From NCBI GenBank assembly GCA_012862495.1, contig BLSG01000182.1, forward strand, positions 50,753 to 99,529: DNA of 48,777 nucleotides, in the 5' to 3' direction. The DNA is from Thraustochytrium aureum. Its lineage: Eukaryota. This document shows, one piece after another, positions 24,004 through 33,430 of this stretch. The notes under the pieces were generated by a model, which saw only the letters and a list, made by a program, of their open reading frames with translations, did not search any database and had not been told where the DNA came from. Positions within the stretch are counted from its first letter, which is position 1. Each line of letters opens with the position of its first letter. Position numbers and translations under genes: made by a program.

Positions 24004-25308
24004 ATGCGCAAGCTGGTTTTCTGCTTCGACGTGGTGTGCCCGTATGCGTATCTCGCCTCGCAGCGCGTCAAGGCTCTCGCGGCGGCCGCGGCCGCGGTCC
24101 CTGGGCTGCCGCCGCTCGAGGTGGAGTGGAGACCCGTGCTGCTAGGCGGGCTGTACCGCGCCACCGAGGCGCCTCAAGGCAAGGATGGCAGCGCCACTGA
24201 CGTCATGCCAGCCAACAAGCAGGCGCTTTTGGGGCGAGACTTGCGCCGCGAGGCTGAACGGTGGGGCGTGACATTAAAGTGGAACAGCAAGCATCCCGTG
24301 CGGTCTCTGGACGCGCTGCGCTTGCTGTGCGGCGTGCCGGACATGGAGACGCGCGCCGAGCTCGCACTCAGCCTCTTCCGGACATACTGGGTCGACGAGG
24401 CCGACATCTCAGACCCTGCAACGCTCGAACGCGTCGCGGGCTCGCACGGCGTTGTGGACGCAAGCGCGGTCATTGCATCGGAGAAAGCCAAGTCGGAGCT
24501 CCAGAGCAACACGGACGCCCTGGTCGAATTCGGCGGGTTTGGCGTGCCGTCGTTCATGGCAACAAACGCCGCGGGCGAGGAGCGCCTCTTCTTCGGACAA
24601 GACCGCATGTTCTTTGTCGCTCAGCACCTGGGGATCCCGCGCGAGCACGAGCTTGGCCACCCGCTGCGTTTGCGGCCGATCGTCGCTGCGGCACGGCGAG
24701 GCCCGGTCCTGACCATGTACCACGACTTTTCGTCCCCATGGAGCTTTTTGGGGTTTCAACAGGCAGCCCAGCTTGCTCAGAACCACGGGGCGACGCTACA
24801 GTACCGGCCGATTCTCCTTGGCGCTTTGTTTCGGACGATTGGCACGCCCAACGTGCCAATGCTTGCGATCCCGCCCGTGAAGCGCGCGTACGGGGCGCAG
24901 GACATGCGTGACTGGTGCCACTACCTTGGAGACGTCGAGCTGCAATTCCCAGAGGGGTTTCCAATCCGAACCGTTTTGCCCTTGCGCATCAGCATTGTGG
25001 AGCCCGCTGTGGTCCCCGTGTTGTACCATGCGGCCTGGATCAACCGCCAGAACATCGGCGAAGAGCCAGTCCTGAAGGATGTGCTTGCCAAGGCCGGGTT
25101 TCACGCCGACGAGCTCATCGCACGAGCAGGCTCGCAGGAAGTGAAGGATATTCTCAAGGAGAACACGGCCGAGGCTGAGAGACTTGGGGCGTGCGGGGTC
25201 CCGACGTTTCGCGTGGGCGAGGGCGAGCTCATTTGGGGCCAAGACCGCCTCAACGTCGTCTCTGACGAGCTGGCGCGCGCAGTTTCTGCCGCGCCCGCCA
25301 GCTTGTAA
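24004..25308 (+). CDS. Tandem two-domain 2-hydroxychromene-2-carboxylate isomerase / glutathione S-transferase kappa (DSBA-like thioredoxin fold)
   Basis: Domain 1: FCFDVVCPYAYLA, WRPVLLGGLY, GGFGVPSF, FFGQDRM. Domain 2: YHDFSSPWSFLG, YRPILLGALF, GACGVPTF, IWGQDRL. Intronless. Confidence 0.9.
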   Translation: MRKLVFCFDVVCPYAYLASQRVKALAAAAAAVPGLPPLEVEWRPVLLGGLYRATEAPQGKDGSATDVMPANKQALLGRDLRREAERWGVTLKWNSKHPVRSLDALRLLCGVPDMETRAELALSLFRTYWVDEADISDPATLERVAGSHGVVDASAVIASEKAKSELQSNTDALVEFGGFGVPSFMATNAAGEERLFFGQDRMFFVAQHLGIPREHELGHPLRLRPIVAAARRGPVLTMYHDFSSPWSFLGFQQAAQLAQNHGATLQYRPILLGALFRTIGTPNVPMLAIPPVKRAYGAQDMRDWCHYLGDVELQFPEGFPIRTVLPLRISIVEPAVVPVLYHAAWINRQNIGEEPVLKDVLAKAGFHADELIARAGSQEVKDILKENTAEAERLGACGVPTFRVGEGELIWGQDRLNVVSDELARAVSAAPASL

Positions 25309-25388
25309 GCACTGCGACCAGAGGTATGGCTTGGGGCGCGCCCGCCAGCTTGCAAGCACTGCAACCAGAGGTAAGGTGTGGCTTGGGT
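25290..25388. repeat. Imperfect tandem duplication of about 47 bp spanning the stop codon of the isomerase gene
   Basis: cgcgcccgccagcttgtaagcactgcgaccagaggta at 25290 and cgcgcccgccagcttgcaagcactgcaaccagaggta at 25337. Confidence 0.88.
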
Positions 25389-25494
25389 CAATCTACTTGC
25401 GGAAGAAAAAGAAAAAGAAAAGAAAAGAAAACAAGCCGAATTTCACAATGCCGCTCAACACGCTGCGATCCGCTGCGCAATCCACGGCCCCGCT

Positions 25495-28400
25495 TCAAGA
25501 GGGGCCGGGTGGCAGGGCTGCACTCATGCTGACCACGTCGAATAGGAAGGGCGAAAGCACCACGGTGGAAAGCCCCACCAATCCCGTCACATTACGAATA
25601 AGCCGCCATCGCGCCTCACTCGCCTCGTGCGCTTTCTTCTCCTGGGACAGCACGTAATCTCTGAGATCCGAGATGTGCACGCAAATCCGACCCGCATTGT
25701 GTTGGGGCGACCAGAAGGGGATTCCATGCGAGGCGAGCACGCGCTCTGTCTGTTCCTTGAGCACGGGGCCCTTGCGCCCGCTCCTCGCGCTTCCGATGCC
25801 TTGCCCAGTTACAATGGTGAACAGCTCGTGTTCTGGTGGCGAAGCGTCGGCCCGACCCGACGATGTCACGTAAGGCCCGAGCCCAGCGGCCGCACGCTGC
25901 TTGTCCATCTCAACGTATGCCCGCCCGATGGCGTCCATGTATGCAAGGACGGCGATGGTGGCCTGCGAGCGAGAAAGGCCGTGCAAGTCCACAAAGTTGG
26001 CAAATAGCTTGCGCTCCCCGACCATGATGCGTTCCGATTTGGGGTGGACCTCCGGAAAGAGCGACGCTTCCTTGGCAAGGTCCCTACCCCTAATAAACTC
26101 GTCCGGGTTGGGAACGCGCGACGGCTTCTCGCTCTTGAGCAGCTCGTAGCCATAGCCCGTCCCCACGAAGGCGTCGGAAAGGATCGAAGAAGTGGCCTGG
26201 TCCGAGTCGATCCCTCGCGCTTTCATGTCCGTGTACAACTCGTGCAGCGCGTCGATCTCGTCGCGCTCAAAGTAGGCCTTGAGGAGCATGTTATAGGACC
26301 ACGACGTTGGTGAGGGGTAACGCGCCTGCGGCACGTTCTGCCCCGTCGTTGGCTGCGCTTGCATCTCGGGCTCTGGGTCGAACTCGAATTTGGCTTCGGT
26401 CTCTTCGGCGCCCTTGCGACCAAACGCGATCGGGTCGTTGTCATACCCTTTCGCGTCGTACCCGAACGTCATGTTAACTATGGCGTTCACCAAGGGCTGC
26501 TCGTAGCGGGCACCCGGAGCCCAAGCGACACCGTGGCGCATGTTGTCGAGGATCTGCTCTGCCAGCGCCAGGTTGTCGCAGCGGCAGCAGGCCTCGATCA
26601 CAGCATGGCAGACCATTCGGTTTGGAGGAACGCCGTCGCGCTGCAGCAGGTCAAGCGTCGCCATGGCTTTGTCGAGCTTGTTCAGCCGGCCGTAAGCGCC
26701 AATGACTCCAGCCCAAGTTGCAAAGGTTGGTATTTGGTTGCGCGAACACAGCTCGTTGAACAGGTCGACGACGAGGGCGGCCAGAGTGTGCTCGCCGTAC
26801 TGGTCGAACTGCTTGAGGCATAGCCGTATTACGTGATTGTACTTGAACGTCCCACGGACGCGGCTCGGGAGCTGGCCACCCAAGCCGCCGCGGCTATCCG
26901 TGCCCCGCAGAATGTCTAAGAGGCGAATCGCGACTGGGAGCGAATCTTTCGGGTAGGGCGGGTTGGCTCCCGTTGCGCAAACAAACTGCAGCATCTTGAA
27001 CAGGTCCTCGTTCAGGTTGGGCGGCTGCATGTCGCCAAGAAGAAACCGCTCAATGATGTCCATCAGTTTGTCGGCAGAGCCCCACCAGCTCTTGTTCACG
27101 AGCGTGCCGAACATTAACAGGAGCGGGAGTTGCGCGAGGGTGCCCGGCAGCAACCTGGACAAGGGCTGGTCCTTTGTGCGGTCCGACGCCGCCACAATGG
27201 CCTGGGCCACGTTCATTAGCTCGGCAACCTCCTCCGCGGTGAGGACATTGTGAGTCTCAACAAAGGCATTGCTTGACGTGCTCGAGGTCAGGCGCATTGC
27301 AAGCTCCATGGTGCACGCTTGCGCAGAGGCGTACTGGCGCTTCTCGATGTGGAGTATTATTGTGGCACACGAATCGGCGACGGTTTCGGACGAATCGGCG
27401 CCGACCTGCTCTGCTCCCCCAGCTTCCACCGGCGCCCGTCTGGGCGCAGGGGCTGCTTCTGTTGAGGTATTCTCCTGCTTGAAGAACGAGTCTTCAAGCA
27501 GCGGTGCTCTTGCGCCGGCCGGCTGCGCGGCGCGATGGTCGAGGCGGTGACTCGCCAAACCTGACTTGGCGTTCCCTGGCGCGCCTCCCTGCAGCACATG
27601 CCGTTCAGGTTCGCGTCCAGGCTCGCGAGCGCTTTTGGACTGCGAGTTGGGCGCGACCTTGGGGCCGGACTCGGCTTTGGCCTCGTTTGCCAGCGACGCA
27701 GTGTTCTTGTCGAGGACGGATGGCTGGCTGCCGCTGAACCCGCCGTGCCTCGTCGATGCCGTGCCGCGTGCGCTCTTGCCTACCAAGCCTTTGGCCTTTG
27801 GCCTGGCCTTGGACCGCGACTTTGGCCCCGTAGGCGCAGAACCGCCCTTTCCACCACTGTCGGCATGGCTTTCGCTCGCTTGCCAAGAGGCCGCCGCCTT
27901 CCCAGCGCCCGCTGGCTGTGTTTGACCCGCCGCGCCCAGGCCGGAAGCTTTCGCCCTTTCCGCGGCTCCACCGGCGTTTCCACGAGAGCTCCGCCGCTTG
28001 CCCCGGCTGGCCCCCCTCNNNNNNNNNNNNNNNNNNNNNNNNNNNNNNNNNNNNNNNNNNNNNNNNNNNNNNNNNNNNNNNNNNNNNNNNNNNNNNNNNN
28101 NNNNNNNNNNNNNNNNNNNNNNNNNNNNNNNNNNNNNNNNNNNNNNNNNNNNNNNNNNNNNNNNNNNNNNNNNNNNNNNNNNNNNNNNNNNNNNNNNNNN
28201 NNNNNNNNNNNNNNNNNNNNNNNNNNNNNNNNNNNNNNNNNNNNNNNNNNNNNNNNNNNNNNNNNNNNNNNNNNNNNNNNNNNNNNNNNNNNNNNNNNNN
28301 NNNNNNNNNNNNNNNNNNNNNNNNNNNNNNNNNNNNNNNNNNNNNNNNNNNNNNNNNNNNNNNNNNNNNNNNNNNNNNNNNNNNNNNNNNNNNNNNNNNN

Positions 28401-28959
28401 NNNNNNNNNNNNNNNNNNNNNNNNNNNNNNNNNNNNNNNNNNNNNNNNNNNNNNNNNNNNNNNNNNNNNNNNNNNNNNNNNNNNNNNNNNNNNNNNNNNN
28501 NNNNNNNNNNNNNNNNNNNNNNNNNNNNNNNNNNNNNNNNNNNNNNNNNNNNNNNNNNNNNNNNNNNNNNNNNNNNNNNNNNNNNNNNNNNNNNNNNNNN
28601 NNNNNNNNNNNNNNNNNNNNNNNNNNNNNNNNNNNNNNNNNNNNNNNNNNNNNNNNNNNNNNNNNNNNNNNNNNNNNNNNNNNNNNNNNNNNNNNNNNNN
28701 NNNNNNNNNNNNNNNNNNNNNNNNNNNNNNNNNNNNNNNNNNNNNNNNNNNNNNNNNNNNNNNNNNNNNNNNNNNNNNNNNNNNNNNNNNNTGCCAGACA
28801 CCGCCCGACGTCGGCCCGCAACGAAACCAACCCTGCAGGCCGAAGACAGCGAGCGACCTGAACCAAGCAAGACGAGCCCAGCCCGCCCAGGCCCAGAGCC
28901 CAGTCGAGGCCCGCGAGCCGCGGCCACGACGACGACGAGGCGCGTCAAAGATTCGTCAT
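25495..28959 (-). CDS. Pentatricopeptide-repeat protein with C-terminal Smr domain (PPR-SMR), probably mitochondrial; gap 28019-28791
   Basis: PPR motifs PTFATWAGVIGAYGRLNKLDKAMATLDLLQRDGVPPNRMVCHAVIEACCRCDNLALAEQILDNM and SWSYNMLLKAYFERDEIDALHELYTDMKARGIDSD. Smr motifs VDLHGLS, TIVTGQGIGS, PVLK, NAGRI. The start at ATG 28959 needs one extra T near 28948. Confidence 0.85.
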
Positions 28960-29252
28960 GGCTCCAAGTCACCACAGTTGGCACCGTCGCATTTTTTCGT
29001 GTCAAAGGTGTGTACTCTGCCTACCTAACCTAGTACTGAGTACCCCTCTGCATTGCAATGCATTTGATTCGCGGCACAGCACACGGCAGGAGCCATTCGA
29101 GCGGTGGCCGAGCAAGCGTCGCGCGGGGCGGTGCGCGCGGGCGCGAGGAGGGAGGCGCGCGGGACGCTGATGTTGCTCGGGACAGGCTGCCTGACGTGTG
29201 CGTGCTCGTGCTTGCTTGCTGGCGGTACGAAAGGCCCGCGGGGGAGGGGGTA

Positions 29253-30046
29253 ATGCGGCGGAGCATGCCAGGCAGGAAAAAAGCGGCCCCCGAGCGCAAG
29301 AGCGCGCCCCGCGGACGCAAGGCGCAGGAGCGCGCTGGCGGGAAGGGGCAGGAGGTGGCCGCGACAGAGAGGTTTGATCCGTACTCGACGCTGGTGAGCG
29401 GCGTGAAGAACGCGGCAAAGGCCAACGCGTGGATTTCGAGCAGCGCCACTGCGTATCTTGTGGACAAGCTGCGCAGCGACCGGAGCGGGCGCGTGATTGA
29501 CGTGGGCTGCGGGGTCGGGACGCTTGTGAAGCAGCTCCGGGACGAGGGGTTTGACGCCCACGGCCTGGACGTGAGCGCCGCGATGCTACAAGAAGCGCGG
29601 CGTGTCGTCGGCGACGCGAGCCTGTGCACGACGGGAACGACGCCGCTGCGATTGCTGCGATGCAGAGCTCGTTCGACGCGGTGCACTCTTCAGTTTGCTT
29701 TCACGAAATGAGCGCTAGCACCCGCGACGCGGTGTGGGCCCAGATGTTGTCGCTGGTTCGCCCCGGCGGATTGGTCGTCGTGCGGGACTTCAACGCGCCA
29801 GAGAGGGCTTGGTGCCTTGGCTTTTTCGTGCGCAAGTTTATTGAGTGGGAGGAAGAGTCCTTCAAGCTTGTGGACCCGGAGCACTACAGCAACTTTCTTG
29901 AGTACATGCTTGCTGGTGGCGTGGAGGGCTTCATGGCAAGAAAGTGCGAATCAGTCCAGGTCGCTCGCTTGGAGCACAGCGACTTTATGTCTGGAAACAT
30001 GCGAACGGTTGTCTGCCGGATTGCGCCAAAGATGTCGGGGGCCTAA
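29253..30046 (+). CDS. Class I SAM-dependent methyltransferase; frame break at about 29624; start uncertain
   Basis: RVIDVGCGVG, HGLDVSAAML, SSFDAVHSSVCFHEM, LVRPGGLVVVRDF across ORFs 29058..29711 and 29624..30046. Confidence 0.85.
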
Positions 30047-30331
30047 CTAACGGGCGGGTATGGGCGAAGGAGGCGAGGCCAGTCGGGCCGCGGAAGGTGT
30101 CCTGGTTTTGCCCGGTACCGCGAAGCGACGTGCGCTTGGTGAGCACTTGCGCCGGCTCGTGCGAGGTGGATCCCTGCGAAGGAACGCAAGAACTAGCTCT
30201 AGAGAAACAAGCATCGTGGCGCCTTTTTCAGTTTTAAAAAAGAACCCATGAGCAGCGCCGGCGGCGGGCCGGCCCTCGGGGCGCGGCGTCCCTCCGCAGC
30301 GCCAGCTACTTGAGTTTTACCAGGGTACATT

Positions 30332-31008
30332 TCACGCGCTCGCCTGAGCGCAGTGAGCGGGGTCCACGCTCGCAGCCATCACGGAAACCGGCGAAAGGGT
30401 CTCCAGCAGCGGCCCGCGCTGGGCCGGCGTGGTTTCTCCCTCCGGAGCCTCGCTGCCCCGCATGGTGCTGAGCAAGCCAACCCAGATCAGCCCGCTCGCT
30501 GACATGAAGGGAAGGCGCAGCCGAATCGGCATGAAGCGAAAGTTAAAGTAGTTGAGCGGCCCCCAGACCGCCGCGCAGGCCAGGACGTCCTCCTTCATGT
30601 TTCGCCTATACTTGCTAAGCGCGGCGCTCGCGACGCCTCTTGCGTCGGCCAAGACAGCGTTCAGGCCCACCGTGATCCCCTCCTTGGCTACGTAAAAGCA
30701 CGGAAAGTACAACAGCGGGCAGTGGATGGTGATGTCAAAAGCGGCAGTGATGAGCGGCCGCCCCGCCCCGAAGACTGCTGGGTACAAGAGGTTGTACACC
30801 ATGTATGCCGGCAAGCCGCCGTAGAGCGCGCCGAAGCCTGCAAAGGCGAGCGTCCGCGTCCAGCATGCTGGTAGGGGCGGCCGTCGCTTCGAAGGTTGTG
30901 CTCGACGCGCTGCCCGATCACGTCTCCCCCACCATACCGAAGGCCAAGCGAGACCCCCCCGCACAACAGAGGCGCTCGCCGCGCAAATTTGTTGAAAGCC
31001 GCCCACAT
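30332..31008 (-). CDS. Mpv17/PMP22 family membrane protein; frame break at about 30863
   Basis: N-terminal APLLCGGVSLGLRYGGGDVIGQ, then WTRTLAFAGFG, FDITIHCPLLYFPCFY, VWGPLNYFNFRFMPIRLRLPF, IWVGLLS. Confidence 0.88.
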
Positions 31009-31103
31009 TCTGGCGTTGCGGACAAAGCCTTCGAGCGGGCGAGCAGGCTAACCTCCCCGGCGCCTCTTTCGCGCGAACGACGAGCTGCCGGCCTTGCCAG
31101 CGA

Positions 31104-31164
31104 GCTGCGGTTTCGCGGCTCGCTCGCTGCAGTTTCGCGGCTCGCTCGCTGCAGTTTCGCGGCT
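31104..31164. repeat. 22-bp tandem repeat, about 2.8 copies, upstream of the Mpv17-family gene
   Basis: gctgc(g/a)gtttcgcggctcgctc repeated. Confidence 0.88.
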
Positions 31165-31775
31165 AGGCAGCCGCACGAGCGCGTCCACGGCGCGGAAAAC
31201 GGGCGCGAGGAACGGCGCCTGCCAGTGCGCGGCCTTGCCGCGACTAGCTGGTCGCTGGCCGCTTTCGGACTCTGCCGTCGTCCATCATCGCGCCACAGCA
31301 GAGCAGAGTGGAGTGAAGTGGCACATGATGCGGCGGGAGGAGTTGTGCCAAAAAACAGCATGGCCCAGCGCCAAAACCAAAACGCTTCTGCGCTTACTTT
31401 AAGGCGGATCTCGGCGCGTCCCCGCACATCGCGCCGCCGGCCAGCGCGAGCCCGGCGCTGCGCAGCGTAAGGCGGACTGCCCGTGGCGAGACCGCCGCCC
31501 CGCACACGGTGCAGTTCCAGCCCCATCGCCGCAGAAACAAGTGCCCGAGGCAGCGCCTGGAGGGCAGCGCTGTTTTCGCCGGGTTTTACCGGCCTGTTCC
31601 CGCCGTGATTGAGGGCTGCTGGGCCGGGGTAAGCAGCCTGTGGGACTTTTTTTTGCTTGACGAGATGGTTGGTTGGTGCCAAGATCGTCACACCGCGCGC
31701 CAGCCAACTTCAGAGGGAGGGGAACACGGGCTCACGCTGGTTGGGAGTTGGGAGGAAAGATGTCTTTGAGGGAAT

Positions 31776-33086
31776 TTAGTCCAGGGTCACCTTGCCCGAG
31801 TTGAGCGAGGCGCCGTCGATGGACTGCAGGAAGGACTTGAGCGCGCCGAGCCCGAGCGACTTGAAGCTCGCGCCGTACTCGCGCGTGAGGCGGTTGCCGA
31901 GGTCGCTCATCAGCAGCGAGCCTCCCTCCTTCTTGAGCCAACCGAGCACGGTGTCCTTGACCTGCTTTTCGCTTGGCTTGCCCGGCGACTTGCTGTCCTT
32001 CGCCTCGCTCTTTGTCTTGCTCGGGGTCGTCTTGGCCGGAGACGCCGCGTCGCCGCCCTTGGGCTTCTTGCTCGAGCTAGGGGCGGCGCTCCCGATCGAC
32101 TCGCGCCCGCGCTTGCGCAAGGCATCGCCGATAGACTCGCCGTTGGGCGCCTTCAGCTTCTTTTCGCTGCCCTTCTTCTTGGCCTTTTCGCTGCTGCTGC
32201 CCTTTGTGGGTACGGCATCCTCGTCATCATCCTCGTCCTCGTCGTCGTCGACGTCGTCGTCCGGGAGCTCCTTAATCTCCACGCGCGTGCGGCCTGGGAA
32301 CTTGGCGTTCAGCTTTTTGATTTCCTCATCCTCGTCGTCTTCGCCGTCATCCTCGTCATCGTCGTCTTCGTCGTCATCTTCGTCGTCGTCGTCGCCGCTC
32401 GAGCCCTCGGCACCGTTCATATCCTCTGGATCAAAGTCTTCGTCGTCGCTGCTGTCCTCCTCGTCGCCGCCATCGCCGAACATTGGCCGCATGAACGACG
32501 CGTAGGCCTGCTCCGGCCCGTCCTCTCCATCCTCGCCATCTTCGTCCTCATAGTCGGTTACGAACCGACCGAGCAGGTGCACGTTCGTGTTCTTCGCGCA
32601 GGCCACGGAGAACGTGACACTGCGCTTGGCGATCGGGAGTCGAGCTGCACANNNNNNNNNNNNNNNNNNNNNNNNNNNNNNNNNNNNNNNNNNNNNNNNN
32701 NNNNNNNNNNNNNNNNNNNNNNNNNNNNNNNNNNNNNNNNNNNNNNNNNNNNNNNNNNNNNNNNNNNNNNNNNNNNNNNNNNNNNNNNNNNNNNNNNNNN
32801 NNNNNNNNNNNNNNNNNNNNNNNNNNNNNNNNNNNNNNNNNNNNNNNNNNNNNNNNNNNNNNNNNNNNNNNNNNNNNNNNNNNNNNNNNNNNNNNNNNNN
32901 NNNNNNNNNNNNNNNNNNNNNNNNNNNNNNNNNNNNNNNNNNNNNNNNNNNNNNNNNNNNNNNNNNNNNNNNNNNNNNNNNNNNNNNNNNNNNNNNNNNN
33001 NNNNNNNNNNNNNNNNNNNNNNNNNNNNNNNNNNNNNNNNNNNNNNNNNNNNNNNNNNNNNNNNNNNNNNNNNNNNNNNNNNNNNN
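31776..33086 (-). CDS. Nucleoplasmin-like (NPL) acidic histone-chaperone-type protein with a C-terminal LOTUS/winged-helix-like domain; N-terminus lies in gap 32652-33086
   Basis: VTFSVACAKNTNVHLLGRF resembles the end of an NPL domain. It is followed by long D/E tracts, a K-rich NLS-like linker and a 60-aa folded C-terminal domain. Confidence 0.65.
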   Translation of the reverse strand, partial: XXXXXXXXXXXXXXXXXXXXXXXXXXXXXXXXXXXXXXXXXXXXXXXXXXXXXXXXXXXXXXXXXXXXXXXXXXXXXXXXXXXXXXXXXXXXXXXXXXXXXXXXXXXXXXXXXXXXXXXXXXXXXXXXXXXXXXXXXXXXXXXXXCAARLPIAKRSVTFSVACAKNTNVHLLGRFVTDYEDEDGEDGEDGPEQAYASFMRPMFGDGGDEEDSSDDEDFDPEDMNGAEGSSGDDDDEDDDEDDDDEDDGEDDEDEEIKKLNAKFPGRTRVEIKELPDDDVDDDEDEDDDEDAVPTKGSSSEKAKKKGSEKKLKAPNGESIGDALRKRGRESIGSAAPSSSKKPKGGDAASPAKTTPSKTKSEAKDSKSPGKPSEKQVKDTVLGWLKKEGGSLLMSDLGNRLTREYGASFKSLGLGALKSFLQSIDGASLNSGKVTLD

Positions 33087-33430
33087 GGCGGAGGGTGTGG
33101 CCGGATTCTTCGACGGGCAAGGGCGCCGGTAGATGTTGTCTGTTTGTGGATGTGCTGCGTGCTTTGGTTTCGCTCGCTCGCGCACGGGTTGGTGCGGCGG
33201 CTTTCGCTGTCCAGGGCATTTGACGACCAAAACGTAGCTGTGCTCGATCGTGTGTCGCGGTTGCCCCTTCCACCGACGCCCGGAATTGTAGGCTCCAGCT
33301 TGTAGAGGGCGCGCCGGAAACGAATTTTTGTCAATATTGAGGATGCGCGGCTTGCTCGGTGGTGCCTGAGCAAGCAGATCGCCTGGCGCACTGCTCGTTG
33401 CGGCCCCCGCGGCCGCCAGTGGCGCTCAAG

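Noticed and set aside
32200..32550. (TCG/TCA/TCC)n trinucleotide repeats as independent elements
   Set aside because: They encode the acidic D/E tracts of the nucleoplasmin-like protein.
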